Assembly: GCA_965203515.1 (NCBI GenBank)
Contig: OZ241907.1
Location: 672,001 to 736,000 of the forward strand
Direction of reading: 5' to 3'
Length of the DNA: 64,000 bases
Origin: Spirochaetia bacterium
GTDB lineage: Bacteria; Spirochaetota; Spirochaetia; SZUA-6; Bin103
The number at the start of each line of letters is the position of its first letter. The stretch's first letter is position 1. Under the pieces are notes generated by a model. The model did no database searches. It saw nothing but the letters and a program-made list of their open reading frames with translations, and had not been told where the DNA came from. This document shows positions 28,501 through 36,481 of this stretch, piece by piece. The position numbers and the translations under genes are program-made.

Positions 28501-30548
28501 ACAAGACCTACGTGATCGACTGCGTGCCGGAGCGCGAGGATCTCGGCTGCCTGCAGATGATCACCTCCACCGCCAACTTGGCGGAGGTCCGCAGTCTGCT
28601 CGACCGCGCCCTCGACCGGATGGGATTGAGCCGCAGCCTCCGCAATGCGGAGTTCCTGATGGCGCACTTGAAGGCTCTCAGCGGCCGGCTCGCCATCCGT
28701 CTCACCGGCCACCGTCCGGCCACATCCGAACTGATCGCTCTGGCCGTAGCTCACGCCCACTGTACGGCTGCCGCGCCGGATGACGACTGCTGGCTGCCGC
28801 TCCGGGACGGATTCATCGTTCCGGCCGACGACGTACGGGATATGCTGCCACCGCTGTCGGCGGCGGACGACGGGGATGACGCGGGTGAACAGGTGAACGT
28901 GCGCCCCGATCTGATCCATGTCTCGACCCGGCCGCGCGGCGGGCTGCGGTTGCGCTTCATCGAGGTGAAGTACCGCCGTCACCTGCGGACGGCGCGAGCG
29001 CCTGAGATGCTCGACGGCATCCGTCGACAAACCGAAGGACTCCGCTCGCGGTGGGAGAAGTGGTACGATCACGAGAACGTCTGCGCCGCGTTCCGGGCGA
29101 TCCGCCGCGCCAAGCTGGCGCGCGTGCTGCGCTTCTACGCCGACAAGGCGCATCGACACGGTCTGCCGGTGGAACGACACGCGGCGCTGGTCGCCGAGAT
29201 CGACCGCATGGTCGAACGCGGCGGAGACTACGCCTTCGCAACCGATACGGATGACCGGGGCTGGGTATTCTGCCCGGACTACGGGAGCGAGCGGCCGCTG
29301 CTGATCTCCCCGAACGAGTGGGAGACTAAGATATACCTGTTCGGTCCGGGCCGCCTGCCGGACTCGGACTTCCGCCTCGAGCCGGCTCCGGCGGAACCAT
29401 CGACGAACCGACCGGTCGCACCCACGACCGAGGCTCAGCCCAGCCCGGACGCGTCGGCCTCCCTCGACACGGCGAACGTGTCGGCCGACGATGCGGAGCA
29501 GACTTCACCCGCCGTGTGTCTCGGCACCGACGCCCGTACCAACGGCGGCGTCGACTGGACGCTGACGGTGCGCGGCAATCCCCACCTCCTGATCGCCGGA
29601 CTGCCGGGGATGGGGAAGACCACCTGTCTGCTGAGCCTGTGCCGGCAGCTGGTGGCGGCGCAAGTGCGGCCGATCGTCTTCTCCTACCATCAGGACATCG
29701 ACGAACGGCTCGCCGAGACCGTCGAGTCCGTGCGCTTCATCGACTTCGACGGACTCGGCTTCCATCCCCTGCAGGTAGTCGACCGCACCGCGCGGGTGCC
29801 GCATCTGGACATTGCGGCCGACCTGCGGGACATCTTCACGGCCATCTATCCCGAGCTCGGAGACCTCCAGGGAGAGCGCATCCGGACCGCCGTCAAGGAG
29901 AGCTTCGTGGAGGCGGGGTGGGGACCCGACGGAGCGTCCGCAGACGCGGCCGAGCCGGAGTTCGTCCGTTTCGTCGAGATTCTGCGCGCCACCCCCAAGC
30001 CCGACCGCGGTCTGAACACGCTGCTCGCCCGGCTCAACGAACTCGACGACTACGGATTCTTTCACGTCCGGGAGTCGCACCGCAGCCTGTGGGACCACGA
30101 CCGGCCCACCGTCATCCGCATCCATACGACGCAGAACGAGAACCTGCAGCGGGCGTTCGCATCGCTGGTGTTCTACGGCCTGTACAAGGAGATGTTCCGG
30201 CGCGGCGTTCAGGGACGCATCACCCACGCGCTGGTGTTCGACGAGGCGCACCGTGCGGCGCGGTTGCGGCTCATTCCGACGATGGCCAAGGAGTGCCGCA
30301 AGTACGGCATCTCCCTGGTGCTGGCGTCTCAGGAGGCGCGCGACTTCAACGTCTCGGTATTCTCGGCGATCGCCAACTACCTGGTCCTGCGCCTCACCGA
30401 GACCGATGCCCGGTTCCTGGTCAGGAACGTCTCCAACTCCCAACAGGAGCGGGCGCTGATCGACCGGATCAAGCAGATGGACCGCTTCAAGGGCCTGTTC
30501 TTCACCGAGGGCAGGAGCCGGCCGTCGACCGTGAGCTTGGCGCCGTAG
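25587..30548 (+). CDS. Large PD-(D/E)XK nuclease + HerA/FtsK-type ATPase (DndH/Mad8-like)
   Basis: 'RPDLIHV...FIEVKYR'; C-terminal 'NPHLLIAGLPGMGKTT', 'LVFDEAH' and 'KECRKYGISLVLASQ'. Confidence 0.8.
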   Translation: MAGTTLHGPLLAQALARALGEPQPGAIAYVRCLTPDVVERLAADAGFEPEGWVVWRVTDREEDGLRTLTADRAVELREGKGDAMVLLVDTGRAGAGMDGIYSAGREVDEAGLFRAAWSLAAAAITKRKSAAARRYAEDALRAARRGAGGRDAVSPWTAFDYLCRVAVGEQPPGAYLNLIGLWPIRGGVEGFDHKAALNDSRRFVDRLLAAASLAPAARIESLRLDEESRQRHAQLARFLHAADAKQHLHDALNELAAQEELWVGSLRREVSPSIKAIELTPWRNRSGKVHRWSGLTEDDDAEGPPVLILGTDQDRQGATLEVRWKADPGDLERSAVDYRVVIRTSLDEELAVQDVPHSARPGGEKCRFSPDDFASLPDDAVQPAKVVVEVIGDQPGRIEPQESEDFVIRFDESPVPEPSVGKVERTFSEGLASLRSRDAVAEIATSPSLAAGSGSVGYVTLRTPVEQGRRRSFRVLRPSLIAEVEEDWATHDGRIGRWELKVRSSGERAGRARFRPLAGAGPAWERAGAASRKIAERFAKTHGGVAQAYDERCKPFDLIREYLRAWLALLEGGDPTHAFAHTVEVQSLSGRPIGLIVMPAHPLRVAWHAAYDNLVLHATFEQGASASDIRRELKGLDGAMFPAFLPNPHGGAFVFADTLGFHAVGMVPDRDPEPKAAVAVLARAFGDNTAADAASTVGGQSAAVLGSEIVKYLSCHDTARLLRVHALRAGDGMTVARALGEVHHYYAPADDDAEEADTPLAAPVFSLELYPSTDQRGVTGRFIADAREKRRSGAGALAERDRWMLESLSLPGGVNLPRLRWARKDQQEPKTAAHVAIAFDTFESRVIAGHSPAAPASRAWHAFGLLSFYERRYTSAPGPQWTSSAVPASKGEKHPSGRSHTDTLTRLQEALHRTVAHHLGAASGVPVLRTEISDDKTDSLQALHRLCDWVVTLDRNAGIEYFDSPRDHQDIYKTYVIDCVPEREDLGCLQMITSTANLAEVRSLLDRALDRMGLSRSLRNAEFLMAHLKALSGRLAIRLTGHRPATSELIALAVAHAHCTAAAPDDDCWLPLRDGFIVPADDVRDMLPPLSAADDGDDAGEQVNVRPDLIHVSTRPRGGLRLRFIEVKYRRHLRTARAPEMLDGIRRQTEGLRSRWEKWYDHENVCAAFRAIRRAKLARVLRFYADKAHRHGLPVERHAALVAEIDRMVERGGDYAFATDTDDRGWVFCPDYGSERPLLISPNEWETKIYLFGPGRLPDSDFRLEPAPAEPSTNRPVAPTTEAQPSPDASASLDTANVSADDAEQTSPAVCLGTDARTNGGVDWTLTVRGNPHLLIAGLPGMGKTTCLLSLCRQLVAAQVRPIVFSYHQDIDERLAETVESVRFIDFDGLGFHPLQVVDRTARVPHLDIAADLRDIFTAIYPELGDLQGERIRTAVKESFVEAGWGPDGASADAAEPEFVRFVEILRATPKPDRGLNTLLARLNELDDYGFFHVRESHRSLWDHDRPTVIRIHTTQNENLQRAFASLVFYGLYKEMFRRGVQGRITHALVFDEAHRAARLRLIPTMAKECRKYGISLVLASQEARDFNVSVFSAIANYLVLRLTETDARFLVRNVSNSQQERALIDRIKQMDRFKGLFFTEGRSRPSTVSLAP

Positions 30549-30595
30549 GTGTGGACGCGGCCGGCCAGCCGGCTCCGCTGACTGAGGGGACTACG

Positions 30596-31834
30596 TTGAT
30601 TTCATCGCTTCGATTGGTCGATTTCAAGAACTTCGCCGACGAGACGTTGCGGCTCGGACCGTTCAGCATGATCGTCGGAACCAACGCCAGCGGCAAGAGC
30701 AACATTCGCGACGCGTTTCGCTTCCTGCACGGCATCGGCCGGGGCTATACGCTACCGGAGATAGTTGGCGGAAAATGGGGAGCAGGCGGCCAGCGGGAAT
30801 GGCAGCCGATCCGGGGCGCCGCTCATGAGGTCGCGCGCCTCGATTCTCGATCTTCGACATTCGCATTCCATATGGAACTGCGGGGTGACGATCAGCCGAT
30901 CTCCTACTCGATTGAAATATATTTCGATCCGATCGGTCCCCTCTATGAGGTCAAACACGAGGCGGTCAGGCTGCTTCCACCCGCGGAACTGAGTGACCCT
31001 AGGGACAACTGTTGGCAGACGATTTATGAAACGAAGTCCGTGGACGACTGGCATTGGGTCGATTTTATCGATGACGGGTACGAACAGTTCACCCGGGACA
31101 AGCCGGCTCTGACTCAGCTTGAGCCCCCGCAGGAATCGGCCGTGCAGAGTGTGTCCCAGGCGCTCGTCGGCATGCGCTTTTGGGATCTGTCGCCGGAACT
31201 GATGCGCTATCCGGCGTATCCCGGTACGCCGTTGGGAGACCGGGGCGAGAACCTGCCGGCGGTGCTGGAGCAGACGTGCGCCGATCCCGAGCTGCGATCG
31301 ACGCTGGTATCGTGGCTGCAGGAACTGACGCCCATGGACGTGTCCGATCTCGAGTTTCCGCGCGATCCGAGCGGTTACGTGCACCTCATGCTCTGCGAGA
31401 GGAACGGCAGAAAGATATCTGCCGACAGCGCGTCGGACGGGACGCTGCGCTTCCTGGCGATGCTGGCGGTGCTGCTGGGCAAGGACCCTCCCGGTCTCTG
31501 TTTCTTCGAGGAGATCGATAACGGCATCCATCCGGCGAGACTGAACCTGTTGATGGATTTGATCGAACGACAGACCGAGAAGCGCGGCATTCAGGTGCTC
31601 ACCACCACCCATGCATCAACCATGCTGACGGTGATGGGTGATGGTACCTTCGCCAACACGTCGGTGGTGTCTCGTCTGGAAAATAGTGCCGACGCCATCA
31701 TCCGCCGTGTTGCCGACCTTGACGATGCACCGAAGCTGCGACATGAACAAGGCGTCGGGCGACTTCATGAATCCGGCTGGTTGGAGGACGCGTTGTTCTT
31801 TACGGAAAGACCTGACGAGGAGGCCGACGCGTGA
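30596..31834 (+). CDS. ABC/SMC-like AAA ATPase (AAA_15/AAA_21 type)
   Basis: TTG after GAGGGG; 'DFKNF', 'GTNASGKSN', 'ASDGTLRFL', 'FEEIDNGIHP' and 'TTHA'. Confidence 0.88.
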   Translation: MISSLRLVDFKNFADETLRLGPFSMIVGTNASGKSNIRDAFRFLHGIGRGYTLPEIVGGKWGAGGQREWQPIRGAAHEVARLDSRSSTFAFHMELRGDDQPISYSIEIYFDPIGPLYEVKHEAVRLLPPAELSDPRDNCWQTIYETKSVDDWHWVDFIDDGYEQFTRDKPALTQLEPPQESAVQSVSQALVGMRFWDLSPELMRYPAYPGTPLGDRGENLPAVLEQTCADPELRSTLVSWLQELTPMDVSDLEFPRDPSGYVHLMLCERNGRKISADSASDGTLRFLAMLAVLLGKDPPGLCFFEEIDNGIHPARLNLLMDLIERQTEKRGIQVLTTTHASTMLTVMGDGTFANTSVVSRLENSADAIIRRVADLDDAPKLRHEQGVGRLHESGWLEDALFFTERPDEEADA

Positions 31835-32397
31835 GAGTCCTCGTCGTTCCTGAAGATTCGCGTAAGGACAAGTTCATTCTGAAGCCGCTATTCAAGGCGT
31901 TGTTTCGATCAATAGGCAAGCCAAAGACATATGTCAGCGTATGTGAAGATCCCATACTCGGCAGCGTCGACGAGGTCTTGAAGTCAAGTCGCATCGAGCA
32001 GGTCATATCGCGTTACCGAATGGTCAGCATATTCATTCTATGTGTCGATCGTGACGGCAAGACAGGAAGGCGTCAGCGGTTGAATCAGATCGAATCGAAG
32101 TTTGGGGATTCTCAGGTAATTCTGGCGGAGAACGCTTGGGAGGAGATCGAGACCTGGGTGCTGGCGGGATTGAAGCTCCCAAGAGAATGGCGTTGGACGG
32201 ATGTCCGTGCGGAAGTTCAGGTCAAAGAACGGTACTTCGACCCATTTGCCTTACAGCGTGGCGTATCGAATCTGCCGGGCGGAGGCAGAAAGCCACTCGG
32301 AGAGGAGGCGGCGCAGCGGATCACCGCCATCCGGCAGAAGTGTCCTGACGACTTCGATCACCTTGCGCGACGGCTCGAGGCCGCCGTCACACCGTAA
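31831..32397 (+). CDS. Putative TOPRIM-like nuclease partner of the ATPase (DUF4276/Mad4-like)
   Basis: GTGA overlap; 'VLVVPED...D', 'CVDRD' (DxD) and 'EEIETWVLA'. Confidence 0.6.
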   Translation: MRVLVVPEDSRKDKFILKPLFKALFRSIGKPKTYVSVCEDPILGSVDEVLKSSRIEQVISRYRMVSIFILCVDRDGKTGRRQRLNQIESKFGDSQVILAENAWEEIETWVLAGLKLPREWRWTDVRAEVQVKERYFDPFALQRGVSNLPGGGRKPLGEEAAQRITAIRQKCPDDFDHLARRLEAAVTP

Positions 32398-32426
32398 GGA
32401 GAGCACCTGCACCGTGAGCGCGCGTT

Positions 32427-32446
32427 CCGAACGCCTGCTCCGATGG
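32427..32446 (+). repeat. Right copy of 20-bp direct repeat
   Basis: CCGAACGCCTGCTCCGATGG, about 30 bp after the last island stop codon. Confidence 0.8.
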
Positions 32447-32478
32447 CCGGCGCTCGGCTTACGGTGGGGGATTGAAGG

Positions 32479-33111
32479 TCAGTCGAGCGATTCCCGGATC
32501 GACCGCGCCACCTGCTCCGCCAGCACCTCGGCGCCCGCCGCGGTGAAGTGGACGTTCCGCGGCGGCTGCAGCTCCGCCATCCGCGGCAGGGTCAGAGCGT
32601 AGAGATCGTCGACGGCGATGCCGCGCGCGGAGACGATCCCGTACGCCACGGCGTTGTAGCGCGCCACGTCGTCCGGCACTCGGTTCGGCGTACCCTCCTG
32701 GACCGGCGTGGTGGTCGCCCAGATCAGGCGCGCGCCGGTCGCCTCCAGCCGCTCGAACAGCGCATCCAGGTTGCGGCCGTACTCGTCGACCTCCACTTGG
32801 CGGACGTCCGGGCCGTCCGTGCGGGTGATGTCGTGGATGCCCCAGTTGCAGTGGATCACCCGCCAGCCGCCGTCGCCCAGGTAGCGGTCCAGGTCGGTCA
32901 GGCTGTGGCGGGTCGATCGGCAGTTGTCCGGCGCGCGGTGCACCTTCGCCACGCCGGCCAGCCGCCGCCGCACCGGCATCGTGTAGGACATGGAGATCGA
33001 GTCGCCCAGCAAGAGTACGCGCGGCAGCGACAGATCGTCCCGCACGTAGGCGAGCTCCGGCCGGTCGCGGAACGGCTCGGGCACCAGCGACCACCACTCG
33101 GCTTCGGTCAT
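32479..33111 (-). CDS. SGNH/GDSL hydrolase
   Basis: 'LLGDSIS', 'NWGIHD' and 'NVHFT'. Confidence 0.88.
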   Translation of the reverse strand: MTEAEWWSLVPEPFRDRPELAYVRDDLSLPRVLLLGDSISMSYTMPVRRRLAGVAKVHRAPDNCRSTRHSLTDLDRYLGDGGWRVIHCNWGIHDITRTDGPDVRQVEVDEYGRNLDALFERLEATGARLIWATTTPVQEGTPNRVPDDVARYNAVAYGIVSARGIAVDDLYALTLPRMAELQPPRNVHFTAAGAEVLAEQVARSIRESLD

Positions 33112-33152
33112 ACGGCGGATGCTACCATACCGAGCGCAGGAAGAGTGAGAGC

Positions 33153-33320
33153 ATGGCCGCCACGACCGCGCCGCCGGCGCCGACCTCGCAGGAGTCGCTG
33201 TTCATCGTTGCTGCGCGACCTGCTGCCTCCGCAGGGCGCCTGGGGTGCGCGGGAATACCTGTGGCTCACCGACCACACCAACCGCCTGATCGAGCTCACC
33301 GGCGGCCACGAGAGAGTGCG
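33153..33320 (+). pseudogene. Frameshifted, truncated 5' fragment of a Uma2 family gene
   Basis: 'MAATTAPPAPTSQESL', then in a shifted frame 'LLPPQGAWGAREYLWLTDHTNRLIELTGG', a typical Uma2 N-terminus; no continuation. Confidence 0.55.
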
Positions 33321-33379
33321 TGCAAGAGACTGCTCTCTCCGTCTCGGTGTCGCAGGAGGACCAACCGAAGCCGTCTACG

Positions 33380-34192
33380 CTACCTATTCTCGATGTCGGA
33401 CCTGCGGCGTAGTAAAGCCTCGAGTTCGGCCAAACGCGCTTCGGCCGCTTGGCGGGCGGCAGCTTCCTGTTGGACGCGGGTTTCTGCGGCTCGGCGGGCG
33501 GCAGCTTCCTGTTGGATGCGGGTTTCTGCGGCTTGGCGGGCGGCCGCCTCCTGGCGGCGGGCGGTCGCCTCCTGCTCAACGCGAGCCTCGGTCTCCGCCA
33601 AGTCCGGCAGGTCCTTCCCGGTCTGCGGGTCGTGGAACCTCAGCCGCCGGCCGGCCAGACGCAACTCCAGTCCCAACACCTCGCTCCGCAGCGCCAACGT
33701 CCCGTCCGCCATCTCCCGCTCCGGCAGCCGCTCGTACGCTCCTTCCACCAACTCCAACCCCTGCAGCGGCGGCTCCAGGTAGTCCCGCGTCGGATCGTAC
33801 TGCCAGTACTCCCGCACCCTCAGCCGCCGATACAACTCCCGCTTCCTCCTCTGATCTTCCCGCCACGTCGCCCGCGACGTGATCCCCAGCACGAAGTCGG
33901 GTCCCTTCCCCTCCTCCCACAGTCGGTACGACGAGCGTTCGACATTGCGGACGCCGAACACCACGAAGACGTCCGGCGCCACCCTCGCGCGCGGATTCCC
34001 TTCCTCGTAGTAGATCAGCAGGTTGCCGGAGGCGTACACGTCGGCGTGGTTGCGGAAGTAGTAGCGGAGCCGGTCGACGGCGTACGTCAGGGGAATCCGT
34101 TGGGAATCGCTTTCGGCGATCGGCTTGCCGTCGGAGCTGGGGTACTCTACCGTTGCCGCTGGCGCCAGCGGAGCGCTGAGTGAAGTTGCCAT
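33380..34192 (-). CDS. Uma2 (DUF820) family endonuclease-like protein with a coiled-coil tail
   Basis: 'YPSSDGKPIAES', 'APDVFVV', 'PDFVLGITS' (usual Glu replaced by Gly) and 'EYWQYDP'; GGAGGT RBS. Confidence 0.85.
   Translation of the reverse strand: MATSLSAPLAPAATVEYPSSDGKPIAESDSQRIPLTYAVDRLRYYFRNHADVYASGNLLIYYEEGNPRARVAPDVFVVFGVRNVERSSYRLWEEGKGPDFVLGITSRATWREDQRRKRELYRRLRVREYWQYDPTRDYLEPPLQGLELVEGAYERLPEREMADGTLALRSEVLGLELRLAGRRLRFHDPQTGKDLPDLAETEARVEQEATARRQEAAARQAAETRIQQEAAARRAAETRVQQEAAARQAAEARLAELEALLRRRSDIENR
33451..33577. repeat. 42-bp and 21-bp tandem repeats encoding QEAAAR(Q/R)AAETR(I/V)Q heptads
   Basis: GGCGGGCGGCAGCTTCCTGTTGGA(C/T)GCGGGTTTCTGCGGCT twice, plus two half units. 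Confidence 0.85.
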
Positions 34193-34262
34193 TCGACCAT
34201 ACCTCCGGACGCCGGCCAGCATAGCACGCCGCGCGCTGCCTACCAACAGAATGGTGCGCCCG

Positions 34263-34331
34263 CCGGCCGGTCGGCCATCTTGACCACCGGACGGCGGCTG
34301 AACACCCAGCGCCGGCCCGGTCGCCGCCCAC
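34263..34331 (-). repeat. Degenerate copy (about 70 bp) of an internal DUF1156 segment (35571-35641)
   Basis: Same orientation; a few substitutions and one small deletion. Confidence 0.75.
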
Positions 34332-34398
34332 CGCACAGGCTGCCGCCAACCAATCAGGCGCAACGGTGCGGTGAGCAGTCCGGCGATGCAGCGCTCGC

Positions 34399-34428
34399 TT
34401 GACCAAGTTGATCCGAGACGGTCAACTT
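34399..34428 (+). promoter_or_regulatory. Putative autoregulatory operator and promoter of the vapBC-like pair
   Basis: TTGACC next to palindrome AAGTTGA-N10-TCAACTT just upstream of the antitoxin. Confidence 0.45.
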
Positions 34429-34453
34429 TGACGTTGAACGTGAGGGTAACCGC

Positions 34454-34681
34454 ATGATCATCGCCGAGGCCAGGGCCAGCCTCCCGAGCTTGCTCGACCG
34501 GGTCCATCAAGGGGAGACGGTGACCATCACCAAGAACGACCTGCCGCTAGCGGACCTGGTCAAACACCGGCCTCTCGGCAAGCGCCGGCTCGGGTTGCTA
34601 CGCGGTCGGATCGTCGTTCCGGACGACTTCACCGACGAGGATCCCGAGATACACGACATGTTCTATCCAGCCGGCCAATGA
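34454..34681 (+). CDS. Phd/YefM family antitoxin
   Basis: 'EARASLPSLLDRVHQGETVTITK...RRLGLLRGRIVVPDDF'. Confidence 0.85.
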   Translation: MIIAEARASLPSLLDRVHQGETVTITKNDLPLADLVKHRPLGKRRLGLLRGRIVVPDDFTDEDPEIHDMFYPAGQ

Positions 34682-34880
34682 AGCTACTCCTCGATACCCA
34701 CATTCTGCTGCATGCGCTCGCCGAACCGGAACGGCTGACCCGGGAGCGTAGCGAATTGATCGAGGACCCCGCAAACGTCGTATTCGTCAGTGCGGTTTCG
34801 ATTGCCGAGATCGCCATCAAGATCTGACGCTGGTAACCGACGACTCCAAGCTCGCGGACTACGATTGCCGCATCCTGTAA
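34678..34880 (+). pseudogene. vapC: VapC (PIN) toxin with an internal deletion
   Basis: ATGA-coupled 'MKLLLDTHILL...VSAVSIAEIAIK' stops at 34827; the C-terminal 'TLVTDDSKLADYDCRIL*' follows out of frame; the central HxDPFD region is missing. Confidence 0.8.
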
Positions 34881-36481
34881 CCGCATCGCTCCGGAACCGC
34901 GCGTATGGGCAACTGGACCTGATATGGCGGGTCACGGCGCGATCCTACGACTCTTCATACAACAGCAGGCCTTGCTGCGGCGCGAAGGCGTGGCCGCGGA
35001 GGTGGTTCTGGATCGACTCCAGGAGGGCGCGTTCCTCCGAGCCGGCTTCGGCCAGCTCGATCAGCGCCTGCACCACGCGGGCGAACAGTTCGTGGCGCCA
35101 GAGGCCGCGCGCGTCCAGGTAGCGGTCCACGCGGCTCAACTCGCCGGTCTTCCAGAGTTGCATCAGCTTGTGCACCCGGTCGATCAGCGGCGGCGCGGCG
35201 CCGTCGGCCGCCGGCTCGCCCAGGTCGCGGGCGCGGCGGCGGTGCCACGGCTTGAGCCGGGCCTCGCCGCCGGAGACGGCGATCTCTTCTTCTTCGTCGC
35301 CAGCCTGCGCCGCTCCCGCGCCGCGGACCAGGAGGTCTAGGCGGCCGGCGACGGCGGCGTCCGACAGGTTGCACGACAGTGCGTACAGGATGCAGGCGCC
35401 GGCCTGCGCCGCGCCGAGGCCGAAGTCGTTGCGGTGCAGCAGGTAGTAGGTGGTCGGATCGTCCAGCTCGTCGGCCGCCCCGCCGTCCTGCCGCAGCAGG
35501 CGGCTCACCACGAAGCCGACCACCATGCGCCGCACGCGGCGCAGGAACTGGGCGACCGTCAACCGCTCGCCCGGCTGGTCGGCCATCTTGACGACCGGAT
35601 GGCGGCTGAACGCCTCCAGCGCCGGCCCGGTGGCCGCCCACACGAAGTCCGGCCCGCGGATGCCGGCGTCCCAGAAGTCCCGCAGCCGTTCGGTGATCTG
35701 TTCCTGCATCTCGGCCAACACCGGTTCGTCCCAGCCCGGCCGGGCGGCCGCCGGCCGCTTCCGGCACACCAGCCAGATCGACGATGCGAGCGCGGCGGCC
35801 GCCAGGGAGCGCAGGCGACTCTGTCTCTCGGTCTGGATCGGCCAGGAGCCGGTCACGACGAAGCCGGCACGAATCAACGCCGACACCAGAGTCTCCCAGG
35901 CATCCGGCGACTTGTTGGCGAATACGATCACCAGTCGGCCGTCGTCTCTCAGCGCGTCATAGAAGCGGGAGAACGCTCGCGCCATTCCGGTTTCGTAATT
36001 CCGCTTGGACGCCTCGCGGTCCCCGCCGAAGCGGCTGGCGTCGTCGATCAGCTCGCCGTCACCGGCCTCTGCGTCCCACTTCGGACCGGTCTCCCGGGCA
36101 AACGCGGCGTCGATGTCCGGCGACAACCCGTGCAGCGCGCGCCGCAGCCACACGTGAAAGAAGTCCATCAAGTCCGAGTACGGAATGGCGGCGTAGTAGG
36201 GAGGATCCGTGCAGATCAGGTCTATGCCGCGGGCGGGCCGATCGATGGCGCTCTGCGCATGGATGGAGATAGCAGGCGAGGAGACGGTGGCCGCAACCGC
36301 GTGTTCGACGTAGCGCGCCACCCATTCCGTCATAGAGACAAATCCGCCTGATGTCTGGGACAACGGATTTACTTCGCAGTAGTCCCACACTATTGGCAGA
36401 GCAAAGCGGGCAAAAGTGCTGCGCAGTGTCTCCCGACCGTTGACCCAAGAACATATGTAAGCGTCCGGGGAATCCCACCCT

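Larger units (their letters stand above)
19740..32446 (+). mobile_element. Repeat-bounded five-gene defence island (MADS/DndFGH-like) with no integrase
   Basis: Terminal 20-bp repeats enclose exactly five co-oriented defence-type genes. Confidence 0.65.

Noticed and set aside
19756..30548. BREX type 2 (PglW) system
   Set aside because: No PglX, PglY or PglZ; the P-loop and downstream genes fit an FGH-type module better
29516..30595. N-terminal extension of the 772-aa ATPase ORF
   Set aside because: Overlaps the HerA domain in another frame; TTG at 30596 has an RBS
33451..33577. Possible CRISPR array
   Set aside because: Contiguous in-frame coding repeats without spacers; no cas genes in the window
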